Positions 28,821 to 37,267 of a stretch of DNA of 37,267 bases are shown piece after piece (the stretch's first letter is position 1; each line of letters starts with the position of its first letter). The notes under the pieces are model-generated. The model was not told the DNA's origin. It saw nothing but the letters and a program-made list of their open reading frames with translations, and searched no databases. Position numbers and translations under genes: made by a program. Source of the DNA: a candidate division WOR-3 bacterium (GTDB lineage Bacteria; Hydrothermota; Tepidihabitantia; Tepidihabitantales; DTDR01); the NCBI GenBank assembly GCA_039801885.1, contig JBDRVN010000012.1, positions 1 through 37,267 of the forward strand, read 5' to 3'.

Positions 28821-29463
28821 AATCTCTAATTACTGCCTTTAAAAAACCACCGAAAAAATTTGTTTTAATAATCAAAGGTAAATAATCTTTCTCTTCTTGG
28901 ATATAAATACTTCCTAAAATTTTTGCTTTTGGTTTTGTTTGGGGATAAATTTCCCAAGCATAGAAAGAGCCAATATTGGTAGTGATAAACAATCTTCTTT
29001 TCTTTTCTAAGACTACTTCATAATTTTTCTTGTTATAATGAAGAAAACAGTTTTTAGCCATTTTATTTTCGGCAATAATTTTACGCGTATAAAACCAAAA
29101 AGTCAAGATATCTTTTATTTCATTAATTAACGGGAAAATTGTATTATCACTGTAAATAATCTTATTGTTTTTATAATCAAAATAAAGACTACATCTCTCT
29201 TTAAAATTTTTCTCATTAATACTTTTATAAGCGAATAAGGTTTTAAAATCAAAATCGGTATAACTTATTAAGGTATCGGCAATTTCCACAAAGGGAGATA
29301 AATTTTTATTGGAATTTAGATAAGAGGAAAGCTGATAAACTTCTTTTTCTTGATAAATTATTTTTTTACTTTCTAATTTTAAAGAGCCAACTTTAATAAA
29401 TCCTAAATAAAGGTCATAATAAATTGTTTCGTTAAATAGATTAAATATTAAGAAAAAAAGCAT
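28810..29463 (-). CDS. DUF3108-like exported protein
   Basis: ETIYYDLYLGFIKVG N-terminus, IGSFYAW, YLPLIIK...GFLKAVI C-terminus resemble DUF3108. Confidence 0.6.
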   Translation of the reverse strand: MLFFLIFNLFNETIYYDLYLGFIKVGSLKLESKKIIYQEKEVYQLSSYLNSNKNLSPFVEIADTLISYTDFDFKTLFAYKSINEKNFKERCSLYFDYKNNKIIYSDNTIFPLINEIKDILTFWFYTRKIIAENKMAKNCFLHYNKKNYEVVLEKKRRLFITTNIGSFYAWEIYPQTKPKAKILGSIYIQEEKDYLPLIIKTNFFGGFLKAVIRDYER

Positions 29464-29470
29464 ATAAAAT

Positions 29471-29503
29471 AAAAAAAGCCCCGAGAATTTGCTCTCGGGG
29501 CTT
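29471..29503 (-). terminator. Rho-independent terminator after the lipoprotein gene
   Basis: Inverted repeat AAGCCCCGAGA/TCTCGGGGCTT with a 6-nt loop, followed by U7 on the minus strand. Confidence 0.88.
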
Positions 29504-29520
29504 CCTAATAAAGATTTTGG

Positions 29521-30291
29521 TTATTGAGTTTTTACCCAACGGAGTCCTGGAACTTTTTGATAGGCGATTTTGATGTCTATCCGAGTTCCGCTAATCGCTT
29601 TAATTAAAATCTTGCCGAAATTGTCATTAGTTGTTTGATTATTATTGTCTCGGTCTAACCAAAGATAGTAGACACCGTTAACAGCGATTTCTCTTTGGGT
29701 TAGATAATTTCCTGGTGCTGGTGCCATATTTTCGTTATCAAAATTACCAGAAGCAAGAGAAGAGATGGCATTTCCTTTGGTATTGAAAGGTGGTGTATAA
29801 TCACCAGGATTCATTATAGATACTGGTCTATTTCTATCTTCAAAGATATAATCTAAATTGGGCCAATTTGCTTGATTACTAATTGCCAAAGGAATGGCAC
29901 CGTTATCGGTTAATTGTAAGCCGCTTGGATGATTTGGGTCAGGGTCACTTGCACCATAAACGCTCACTTCACTTACCTCTGGTGTTAAATCTAAATTCCA
30001 TTTTTGACTTTCTTCATTCTTTTTGTAAGCGGATACTTCAATTAGTTTTGCCGGACCACTTATATCATAAGAGGTAACCGTTGAGGATAAAGAGGTATCT
30101 TTTACGCCATCTACATAAATGTAATATCCATCAGCATTAGCTACCTGGTTCCAAGTTAAACGGAGTTTTGCACCATTATCAATTGCCTGATAAGAAACAG
30201 TTGGTTTTTCTGGTCTTTCAACTACTTGTTCGCAACCAATGAAAATAATAAATAAGGAAAGTAAAAAAATAAGTTTGATATACTTCTTCAT
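29521..30291 (-). CDS. Lipoprotein with N-terminal FN3-like domain
   Basis: Lipobox FIGC; LRLTWNQVANADGYYIY FN3-like signature; SD GGGAGG. Confidence 0.75.
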   Translation of the reverse strand: MKKYIKLIFLLSLFIIFIGCEQVVERPEKPTVSYQAIDNGAKLRLTWNQVANADGYYIYVDGVKDTSLSSTVTSYDISGPAKLIEVSAYKKNEESQKWNLDLTPEVSEVSVYGASDPDPNHPSGLQLTDNGAIPLAISNQANWPNLDYIFEDRNRPVSIMNPGDYTPPFNTKGNAISSLASGNFDNENMAPAPGNYLTQREIAVNGVYYLWLDRDNNNQTTNDNFGKILIKAISGTRIDIKIAYQKVPGLRWVKTQ

Positions 30292-30304
30292 TTTAACCTC
30301 CCTT

Positions 30305-30577
30305 TTACTTTCTTGTTGGTGGTTTTACTTTTGGTGCCGGCGGAGCAGGTGGTTTCGGTGCGGGTGTTACTGGTTTTTTCGCATGGAATTGTTGATAATG
30401 TTCTTCGTAAACCATCTTTAACGAATCCAAAGTAGCAGAGAGAGTATTTATTTTTTCTTTCAATTGGGTTATTTCGCTATTTAGTTTATCCATCTGTTGG
30501 GTTATCTGCTGACCTGGCTGACAATTGAAAAATAATAATATACTAAAAAATAAAAAGAAAGTGATTAAATATCTCAT
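30305..30577 (-). CDS. Small lipoprotein with coiled coil and Pro-rich tail
   Basis: SD AGGAGG before ATG 30577; signal peptide ending FFNC; heptad segment; PVTPAPKPPAPPAPKVKPP. Confidence 0.7.
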   Translation of the reverse strand: MRYLITFFLFFSILLFFNCQPGQQITQQMDKLNSEITQLKEKINTLSATLDSLKMVYEEHYQQFHAKKPVTPAPKPPAPPAPKVKPPTRK

Positions 30578-30605
30578 TTTACTTCCTCCTTTTAAATAAG
30601 AAGAA

Positions 30606-31133
30606 TTATTTTTTACCATTAATATAGGATAACAAATTTTTCAGATTTGTCAAATAGTTTCTTTTTAAAAATTTTTTCTCAATTATTGAAGAAAATTGAT
30701 TGCCATAATTATATAATTGAAAAGTAAGGTAGGATTTTTTTATAAAATCTTCACTTTTTGGATAGATATTTAAAGAAAGAAAGATAAAAAACCAAATTAA
30801 AATAAGACCTTTAACGGTTTCTAAGATACCGCCCAAAAGATTATCCAACCAATTTAGATGAAGGGCTTTTAAAATTACTGCCAAAAGATAACCGATTAAT
30901 TTAAAAATAAAAAATAAGATAATAAAGAGAAAAAGATAGATTAAGATTTTAGAAAGAAATAAAGGAAGGTGATAGGGTTTTAGAAAATTAAAGAATTGAT
31001 TATAATATTTATCAAGAATTTTTATTCCAACAATTATTGCTAAAATTGAAGAGATAGAAAAGAAAAAGCCCTTTTTAATTCCTCTTATAAAAAATATTAT
31101 TAAAATAATTAAAAAAATAATTGTTATTAAAAT
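30606..31133 (-). CDS. cvpA: CvpA (colicin V production) family membrane protein; no canonical in-frame start
   Basis: Frame extends 83 codons upstream of the track ORF (ILITIIFLIILIIFFIRGIKKGFF...); contains LNWLDNLLGGI; SD AGGAGG lies 6 nt before ATT 31133. Confidence 0.75.
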   Translation of the reverse strand: MLITIIFLIILIIFFIRGIKKGFFFSISSILAIIVGIKILDKYYNQFFNFLKPYHLPLFLSKILIYLFLFIILFFIFKLIGYLLAVILKALHLNWLDNLLGGILETVKGLILIWFFIFLSLNIYPKSEDFIKKSYLTFQLYNYGNQFSSIIEKKFLKRNYLTNLKNLLSYINGKK

Positions 31134-31164
31134 CCCACACCTCCTGCCTTTATGTTTCTATAAT

Positions 31165-31234
31165 ATTATAACAAAAATTTTTTATTTTGTCAATAGATAT
31201 GTTTATTGACTTTTTTTATTAATTTCATTATAAT
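31165..31234. promoter_or_regulatory. Divergent near-consensus sigma70 promoters
   Basis: Minus strand: TTGACA (31193-31188)-N17-TATAAT with extended TG. Plus strand: TTGACT (31206-31211)-N17-TATAAT. Confidence 0.75.
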
Positions 31235-31301
31235 TTAGTTAAGAAAACGTAATTCTCGCTAAATTTTTAGGGAATTACGCAAAAGAAAAATGGAGGATAT
31301 A

Positions 31302-32903
31302 ATGAAAGTAAAAATCTTAATTATCTTCTTTTTTATTTTTTTAATTCAAAAAAGCGATGCGGGCTTTATCAATGGATTTGAGAACTATCAACCACCAAGA
31401 GAAATTAACTCACCAGTAAGACTTTATGGAACGTTTATTAATCAAGAAGTGGAATATCCTTATGATTGGGGAAGGGATGCTTTGATTGATACTTCACGAC
31501 TTTATGATTTTGATGGTGATTATGATGAGAATAATGGTTGGCTTTGGGTAGTTTTGGCACCGAGATACGATTCGGTATTTAGGGTTTATCGTTCTACTGA
31601 CCGAGGTTTTCATTGGACATTATGTTATGAATTTTATCACTCTCCAAGTAGTTTATATCCAAAAGTTGGTATTGTTCTGGGCAGAGGTGATTCTAATTAT
31701 GTTTATGTATTTATTCGTCATAGTGGTTTAAATAATACCGGTGATATTGGCGGTATAAAAATTAAATTTGATTTATCAGATTGGAGTGATTTTTGGGTTA
31801 CCTGGGATAATGATACGATAAACGATTTCTCTGTCTGTAAAGATTTCCGTTCTAACTATTGGCTATATTGCATTGCCAGTAACGAGAATCGAGGTGAATA
31901 TAATACAAAAATATATCGCTCTTCTGATTATGGCCGAACTTGGGATAGTCAAACAGGTTATAATATTTATGACCCACATATTGTCTTTGGGACAGGTTCT
32001 AATTTCTTTTTAACTTTTGTTCGACCAACAAGGGATACCGTATATTTTCAAAGAAATACCAATTATGGTACTCCTGGCTATTGGCGAGATTTAACAAATT
32101 TACATAGTTCATCTTCTCGTAAATATTGTCCAAAAGTTTCTCCTGCTTTTACTACTCCTGATAGTTGGGCAACAACTTGGGTTCTTTATGAAATGGATTT
32201 CCTTAATACTGGCGATATTGATATTTGGTATGCGGTTCGTTCTCACGCCTGGGGCGATACCTGGCGAAAAATGAATACTCTTTCTGCCTCAAGTCTTTTA
32301 GATGAAAGGGTTCCTGATGTTAAATATTATAAATCAACAGGAAATATTTATATCAATGCTGCCTATGTTATTTATGATTCAAGTTATAGCGAAACAAGTT
32401 ATGTCTATTCCCGTTGGAGTGATGCTAATAATCCTTTTGATTTTCACGAAAGAACTAAAGTAAATGATTCGGGAACTCAAGTAGGAACTTGGTTTGGTCC
32501 AAAAACTTGCGGTCCGAAAATAATTTATTCTCCTGGTGCACCGGCTCCGGGTGGTGGTGTTTTGTATGCAAGGATGACAGGTTTCTATTTACCAAAAGGC
32601 TTGTATTTTGATGCTCCTTGGTTCCCAAGCGCAATTGAAAGAGAAAAAGATTATAAGACAAAAATCTTAAAGATAAAGACAATTTCTCAAAAGGAAATTG
32701 CTTTTCAATTTACGAAAGAGGTTAGCGAAGTAGCGATTTATAATTTAGAAGGCAGATTGGTAAAATCCTTTATTAATAAAGATAAAAAAATCATTTGGAA
32801 TGGTAAAGATAATTCAGGTAGAGATGTAGCAACCGGTGTTTATTTAGTTAAATTCAAAACTGATAAAAAAGAATTTACCCAGAAATTTGTTTTCTTAAGA
32901 TAA
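31302..32903 (+). CDS. Secreted Asp-box (BNR) protein with C-terminal FlgD-Ig/T9SS-CTD-like domain
   Basis: Signal peptide; YRSTDRGFHW and YRSSDYGRTW Asp boxes; IYNLEGRLVK...WNGKDNSGRDVATGVYLVK...TQKFVFLR tail; GGAGG before ATG 31302. Confidence 0.8.
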   Translation: MKVKILIIFFFIFLIQKSDAGFINGFENYQPPREINSPVRLYGTFINQEVEYPYDWGRDALIDTSRLYDFDGDYDENNGWLWVVLAPRYDSVFRVYRSTDRGFHWTLCYEFYHSPSSLYPKVGIVLGRGDSNYVYVFIRHSGLNNTGDIGGIKIKFDLSDWSDFWVTWDNDTINDFSVCKDFRSNYWLYCIASNENRGEYNTKIYRSSDYGRTWDSQTGYNIYDPHIVFGTGSNFFLTFVRPTRDTVYFQRNTNYGTPGYWRDLTNLHSSSSRKYCPKVSPAFTTPDSWATTWVLYEMDFLNTGDIDIWYAVRSHAWGDTWRKMNTLSASSLLDERVPDVKYYKSTGNIYINAAYVIYDSSYSETSYVYSRWSDANNPFDFHERTKVNDSGTQVGTWFGPKTCGPKIIYSPGAPAPGGGVLYARMTGFYLPKGLYFDAPWFPSAIEREKDYKTKILKIKTISQKEIAFQFTKEVSEVAIYNLEGRLVKSFINKDKKIIWNGKDNSGRDVATGVYLVKFKTDKKEFTQKFVFLR

Positions 32904-32910
32904 GAAAAGG

Positions 32911-32953
32911 AAAAGGCTCCGGTTAGATTAATTTCTTTGACCGGAGCCTTTTT
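32911..32953. terminator. Bidirectional Rho-independent terminator
   Basis: AAAAGGCTCCGGT...ACCGGAGCCTTTTT between convergent genes. Confidence 0.88.
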
Positions 32954-32958
32954 AATTT

Positions 32959-34101
32959 TTAACTAATTAAACTTCGGGCAATAACAATTTTCTGGATTTC
33001 GGAAGTTCCTTCGTAAATTTCCATACATTTGGCGTCACGGTAGTATCTTTCTACTGCGTAATCTTTGGTATAACCATAGCCACCATGAATTTGGACGGCT
33101 AATCTGGTTGCCTCAACTGCTACTTGAGAAGCAAAGTATTTCGCCATACTGGATTCTTTGGAAAATCTTGGAGCTCCCTTATCTTTTAAAGAAGCAGCAT
33201 AATAGACAAGTAATCTTGCTGCCTGAATCTTTGTTGCCATATCAGCAAGCATCTCTTGAATCATTTCAAATTCATAAAGATATTTTCCAAATTGTTTTCT
33301 CTCTTTACTATAAGTTAATGCCTTTTCTAAGGCGGCTTGAGCAATGCCGACTGATTGCGCACCGATATCAATCCGCGAAACATCTAAGGTATGCAAGGCA
33401 ATTTTAAATCCTTCGCCGATATTTCCCAAAAGATTTTCTTTCGGAACTTTACAATCTTCAAAGATTAATTCACAATTGGCAGTCGAACGTAAGCCCATTA
33501 AATCTTCGTGTTTGCCAATACTAAATCCTTCAAAATCTCTTTCAACAATTAATCCACAAATTCCTTTATGCTCTTTCTCTTTATCAATTGTCGCAAAAAC
33601 AACAAAGATTTTTGCTTCGCCACCATTGGTGATAAATCTTTTTGTGCCATTTAATAAGAAATAATCTCCCATATCTTTTATTGTTGATTCTAAATGGGCT
33701 GGGTCACTACCAACATTCGGTTCGGTTAAGGCAAAGGCACCAAGCGCCTTGCCGGTTGCTAAAAGGGGTAAATATTTTTTCTTCTGCTCTTCTTTACCAA
33801 AGGCTAAAATTGGATAGGCACACAAGGAATTGTTAACCGCCATTATCACACCAATTGAACCAGATGACTTAGAAATTTCTTCTACGGCAATTGCCAAACT
33901 GGTAAAGTCTAAACCTGCGCCACCATACTCTTCCGGAATAATCATTCCCATTAATCCCAGTTCTGCCATCTCTTTGATTATTTCAGAAGGAAATTCACCA
34001 GTCTTATCAATCTCACTGGCAATTGGTTCAATTTTCTCTTGGGCAAATCTTCTTGCGGTATCTTGGATTAATTTTTGATTTTCATTTAATTCAAAATCCA
34101 T
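32959..34101 (-). CDS. Acyl-CoA dehydrogenase (short-chain/butyryl-CoA type)
   Basis: FALTEPNVGSD, NGTKRFITNG, ERKQFG, QIHGGYGY, catalytic IYEGTSEIQ. Confidence 0.95.
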   Translation of the reverse strand: MDFELNENQKLIQDTARRFAQEKIEPIASEIDKTGEFPSEIIKEMAELGLMGMIIPEEYGGAGLDFTSLAIAVEEISKSSGSIGVIMAVNNSLCAYPILAFGKEEQKKKYLPLLATGKALGAFALTEPNVGSDPAHLESTIKDMGDYFLLNGTKRFITNGGEAKIFVVFATIDKEKEHKGICGLIVERDFEGFSIGKHEDLMGLRSTANCELIFEDCKVPKENLLGNIGEGFKIALHTLDVSRIDIGAQSVGIAQAALEKALTYSKERKQFGKYLYEFEMIQEMLADMATKIQAARLLVYYAASLKDKGAPRFSKESSMAKYFASQVAVEATRLAVQIHGGYGYTKDYAVERYYRDAKCMEIYEGTSEIQKIVIARSLIS

Positions 34102-34111
34102 ATTTCCTCCT

Positions 34112-35233
34112 TTATTTAAAATTTTTTAAAGCTTCCTTGGCAATTATTAATTTCATTATTTCAGAAGTTCCTTCACCAATCTCACAAATTTTAGCGTCTC
34201 TAAAAAATCTTTCTAATTTTACTTCTTTGTTTATTCCGTAATAACCATACAAAGAGATAGCATAATCGCAAATTTTTACTGCTGCCTCGGAAGCATATAG
34301 TTTGGCATTGGCACTCTCTTTATCTGCCCTTTCTCCTTGATTTTTTAATAAGGCAGAATAATAAGTTAGAAGTGAGGCACTTTCTATTAAAGTATCTGCC
34401 TCGGCGATAATTTTATAAACAATCTCGGATTTTGTTTCTCTTTTTGCTTCCCACTCAAGTATCATTTCATATGCCTTTTTGGCAATTCCCAAAGAAAAGG
34501 CAGCAATACTAACCCTACCACCATCTAAAGTTTCCATTATATATTTATATCCTTCGCCTTCTTTTCCTAAAAGATTTTCTTTTGGACATAAACAATCTTC
34601 AAAGATAAGTTCACAAGTAGAAGAGCCACGAACACCAAGTTTATCTTCTTCTTTTCCGACAGTAAAACCTTTAAAATTCTTTTCAATTATAAAAGCAGTA
34701 ATCCCCTTTTTGCCCAAATTTCTATCTAAAGTGCCAAGCACAACAAAAATTTCTGCTTCTTGGGAATTGGTGATAAATCTCTTCGTGCCATTTAGAATAT
34801 AAAAATTGTTATCTTTCTTTGCCTGTAATTCAATTGTACTCGCATCACTTCCGGCATTTGGTTCGGTCAATCCCATGGCACCAATCTTCTCACCTTTTGC
34901 CAAAGGAATTAAGTATTTTCTCTTCTGTTCTTCATTACCATATTTAAAGATGGGAAAAGAACATAAACTTGTATGGGCAGCCACTGCCAAACCAGTAGAA
35001 GGGCAAATCTTTGATATCTCTTCAATAATAATTGCGTAATGTAAATAATCTAAACCTAAACCACCATACTCTTTTGGATAGGGAACTCCTAAATAGCCTT
35101 TATCTTTAAGAAGATTTAGATTCTCTTTTAATAAATCGGGAAAATAGTCATCCAGTTCTTTTATATTTTTTAAATTTTCTTTTACTTTTTCCTGAAATTC
35201 CAAATATTTTTTTAAATTATTAAGTTTTAGCAT
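34112..35233 (-). CDS. Acyl-CoA dehydrogenase paralog, divergent C-terminal domain (start likely ATG 35233)
   Basis: GLTEPNAGSD, NGTKRFITN, KLGVRGS, GGRVSIAA, IGEGTSEI. Confidence 0.9.
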   Translation of the reverse strand: MLKLNNLKKYLEFQEKVKENLKNIKELDDYFPDLLKENLNLLKDKGYLGVPYPKEYGGLGLDYLHYAIIIEEISKICPSTGLAVAAHTSLCSFPIFKYGNEEQKRKYLIPLAKGEKIGAMGLTEPNAGSDASTIELQAKKDNNFYILNGTKRFITNSQEAEIFVVLGTLDRNLGKKGITAFIIEKNFKGFTVGKEEDKLGVRGSSTCELIFEDCLCPKENLLGKEGEGYKYIMETLDGGRVSIAAFSLGIAKKAYEMILEWEAKRETKSEIVYKIIAEADTLIESASLLTYYSALLKNQGERADKESANAKLYASEAAVKICDYAISLYGYYGINKEVKLERFFRDAKICEIGEGTSEIMKLIIAKEALKNFK

Positions 35234-35234
35234 T

Positions 35235-35996
35235 TTAAATATAAAGCCGGTCTTTATCAACTTCTTCCCTTAATATTTTAAGTTCCTGTTCAGTCGGTTC
35301 TTTTGTGATTTCAATCTTCTCAGGAATAATTAATTCAAAATCAGTATTTTCTATTATCTTTTCAATGGAAACTCCTGGATGACAAGAGATAACCTTCATT
35401 CTTTTTGTCTCTTCATCAAAACCAAAAAGTCCCAAATTAGAAATTACCCGATAAGGACCAGTATTCGGTGGTAATCCGGCTTTCTCTCTTCCATCTTTAC
35501 CATCTAAATAACCCGGAGTTGTCATAAAATCAAGTTTTCTAACAAATCTCTTCTTATCGTGTTGTCGCATAATAATGATTGTTTTCCAACAATGAGAACC
35601 AACATCATTTGCTCCACCACTTCCCGGCAATCTTACTTTTGGTCTTTCGTATTCACCAATAACGGTTGTGTTTAGATTGCCATACATATCAATCTGGGCA
35701 CCGCCAAGAAAACCATATTCAATAAATCCTCTTTGAGCAGTCTCCATTATGTCACAAATACCACTTGCCGCAATTCCTTTATAAAAAGTTCTCGAATCAC
35801 CAACTCCTAAAGGTAATTTTTCTAACCGAGCACCAGTACCGCCAAACTCAAAGACACATACCAAATTGGGCGCATAAAGTTTCTGCGCCAATGCTGCCGC
35901 CAACATCGGAATACCTGTGCCAATAAAGGCAGTTTTTCTATCTTCCATTAACCTTGCTGCTACACAGATAATTAATTCGGTCTCGCTATAATTCAT
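35235..35996 (-). CDS. Family I CoA-transferase subunit B (glutaconate/3-oxoadipate type)
   Basis: FIGTGIP, catalytic Glu in VFEFG, GFLGGAQIDMYGNLNTT, RLPGSGGAND, TTPGYL. Confidence 0.9.
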   Translation of the reverse strand: MNYSETELIICVAARLMEDRKTAFIGTGIPMLAAALAQKLYAPNLVCVFEFGGTGARLEKLPLGVGDSRTFYKGIAASGICDIMETAQRGFIEYGFLGGAQIDMYGNLNTTVIGEYERPKVRLPGSGGANDVGSHCWKTIIIMRQHDKKRFVRKLDFMTTPGYLDGKDGREKAGLPPNTGPYRVISNLGLFGFDEETKRMKVISCHPGVSIEKIIENTDFELIIPEKIEITKEPTEQELKILREEVDKDRLYI

Positions 35997-35998
35997 CT

Positions 35999-36970
35999 CT
36001 ACCTCCCTTGAATCATTTTACTTAACTTCTCTAATCTATCCCTGCCAATCAAATTTAAATACTCCTCATGATTCTTAACACCATAAACATATTTATCAAG
36101 ATATTCCTTTGTCTTTTTCTCGTCTTTTGATAGTTCCAAGAATTCTTTTAAATGCTCTTCATCTCGCCAATATTTATAACACATCTCACCAGGATGAGAG
36201 CCATAAGGAGCCAAAACAACCGCATCAACCAAATAATAGGGGATAATTGTTCTTTCCGGATATTTTCTTATCTCTTCATTATCAATCAACTCTTCACAAG
36301 AGACAATCAATCTTTTACAAGCCCGAGCAAATTCAAAGGCAAAACCACTAATTCCATCTATCTGACAATTGCCATATTTATCTGCCCGATGGACGTGAAT
36401 AAATCCAACATCCAAATATAAAGCCGGTAATAAGACTACCTTTCTTTTGGTAAAAGGACATTCAACAATTTTTGCGGCACTCGCCTTAAAAGTATCGGTT
36501 CCGAGCATAGAAAAAGTAGGAACAAAAGGCACACCCATTGCTGCCGCTTTAAAACGCCAGGCAATTGCTGCATTACTCCATTCAACAGTTTTTACTTTGC
36601 CACTTTCAATCGCCCTTCTTAAAATGTTAGAAATACCATAGACTTCATAACCGACATAAGTAATATCCATTTCCGAAACCAAATCTGCTGCCAATAATAA
36701 ATCAATCTCAAATATTCCTTGACCAGCAACCCTTAAATTCTTTTTCCCTTGTCTAATAAGTTCTCTGATCAAAGAGATCGGTGCGCGGACTGTTCCGTAT
36801 AACTCGGTTCCAATGTAGTCTCCATCCTTGACAAACTTTGAAATTGCCTCTTGCTCACTCATCAATTTTTCCTTCATTGCCAAATCTTTATTTTTATGGA
36901 CAAATTCTCGGAAGAGAAAAGGGTCAGAATATTGAATTAATTTCCCCTTACCTTCTTCAATAATCTTCAT
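35999..36970 (-). CDS. Family I CoA-transferase subunit A (GctA-like)
   Basis: FVKDGD, RELIRQG, AAAMGVPF, HVHRADKYGN, VDAVVLAPYGSHP; SD GGAGG. Confidence 0.9.
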   Translation of the reverse strand: MKIIEEGKGKLIQYSDPFLFREFVHKNKDLAMKEKLMSEQEAISKFVKDGDYIGTELYGTVRAPISLIRELIRQGKKNLRVAGQGIFEIDLLLAADLVSEMDITYVGYEVYGISNILRRAIESGKVKTVEWSNAAIAWRFKAAAMGVPFVPTFSMLGTDTFKASAAKIVECPFTKRKVVLLPALYLDVGFIHVHRADKYGNCQIDGISGFAFEFARACKRLIVSCEELIDNEEIRKYPERTIIPYYLVDAVVLAPYGSHPGEMCYKYWRDEEHLKEFLELSKDEKKTKEYLDKYVYGVKNHEEYLNLIGRDRLEKLSKMIQGR

Positions 36971-37194
36971 AAAACCTCCATTTTAAAATTCTATATTATG
37001 ATAAAGAAAAAAATATAAAAATCAACCTCTAACAACAAAATTTGTCATTAGATTAAATAAAAAAGGTGGTAACCTTTTTGCCTTGTTATCCGTTATATAT
37101 ATAGGTGATTTTTGGTGATATTTGGTGATTTTTTTATTTACTGTCAAGGTATTTTTATCTATATTATTAGTGATGGTTTTAAAAAGGAGTTTTT

Positions 37195-37239
37195 ATGAAT
37201 AATAATATTAAAGAAAGAGAACATTTAAGTTTAATTACT
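37195..37239 (+). pseudogene. 14-codon ORF, possible remnant of a four-helix-bundle (23S rRNA IVS protein-like) gene
   Basis: SD AAGGAG, then MNNNIKERTFKFNY*; IKERTFKF resembles that family's N-terminus from memory. Confidence 0.25.
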
Positions 37240-37267
37240 AATTCGCCAATTACTATCTCTTGTGAAA

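Noticed and set aside
30305-30380. GC-rich repetitive patch
   Set aside because: Explained by Pro/Ala codons of the lipoprotein tail.
35234-35260. TTG-started extension of the acyl-CoA dehydrogenase
   Set aside because: Overlaps the CoA-transferase B gene; ATG 35233 just after its stop is more plausible.
241-36641. Many 60-107 aa alternate-frame or antisense ORFs in the track
   Set aside because: All lie within confidently assigned genes and show no recognisable motifs.

Overview
AT-rich bacterial chromosomal window, mostly housekeeping genes. I found no rRNA, tRNA, CRISPR array or intact mobile element. A secreted protein with a FlgD-Ig/T9SS-CTD-like tail and the split enzymes suggest an anaerobic FCB-group or WOR-3-like organism (inference only). 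Contents in order: pilT (5'-partial)-pilD; a PD-(D/E)xK-like ORF; a 700-bp non-coding stretch; yebC; a GT-C-like membrane protein; an EamA protein; a stand-alone GMP synthase ATPPase subunit; lipA; fumarate hydratase beta subunit + Fe-S protein + SdhA/FrdA-like flavoprotein + truD; a phosphoesterase; a transglutaminase-like lipoprotein; a second pilT; a long minus-strand cluster grpE-dnaK-orf150-dnaJ-rsmE-rpsU-mutS2-dnaG-rpoD-dciA; adenosine-specific kinase family gene-asnS; rdgB/manC/DUF3108; two lipoproteins; cvpA; a secreted Asp-box protein; and a CoA-transferase A/B pair followed by two acyl-CoA dehydrogenases. The most striking observation is orf150 (22471-22923), between dnaK and dnaJ. 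It is a chimera of a sigma70 region-4 (-35-binding) domain and a copy of the DnaK C-terminal lid, in a chaperone cluster with no adjacent hrcA or CIRCE, so it is a candidate new heat-shock regulator. Also notable: MutS2 without an Smr domain, two genes without canonical start codons (truD, cvpA), a possibly heteromeric acyl-CoA dehydrogenase pair, and a membrane-anchor-less fumarate reductase-like pair lacking the FAD-attachment His. All alignments and counts were done by eye; no database searches were run.
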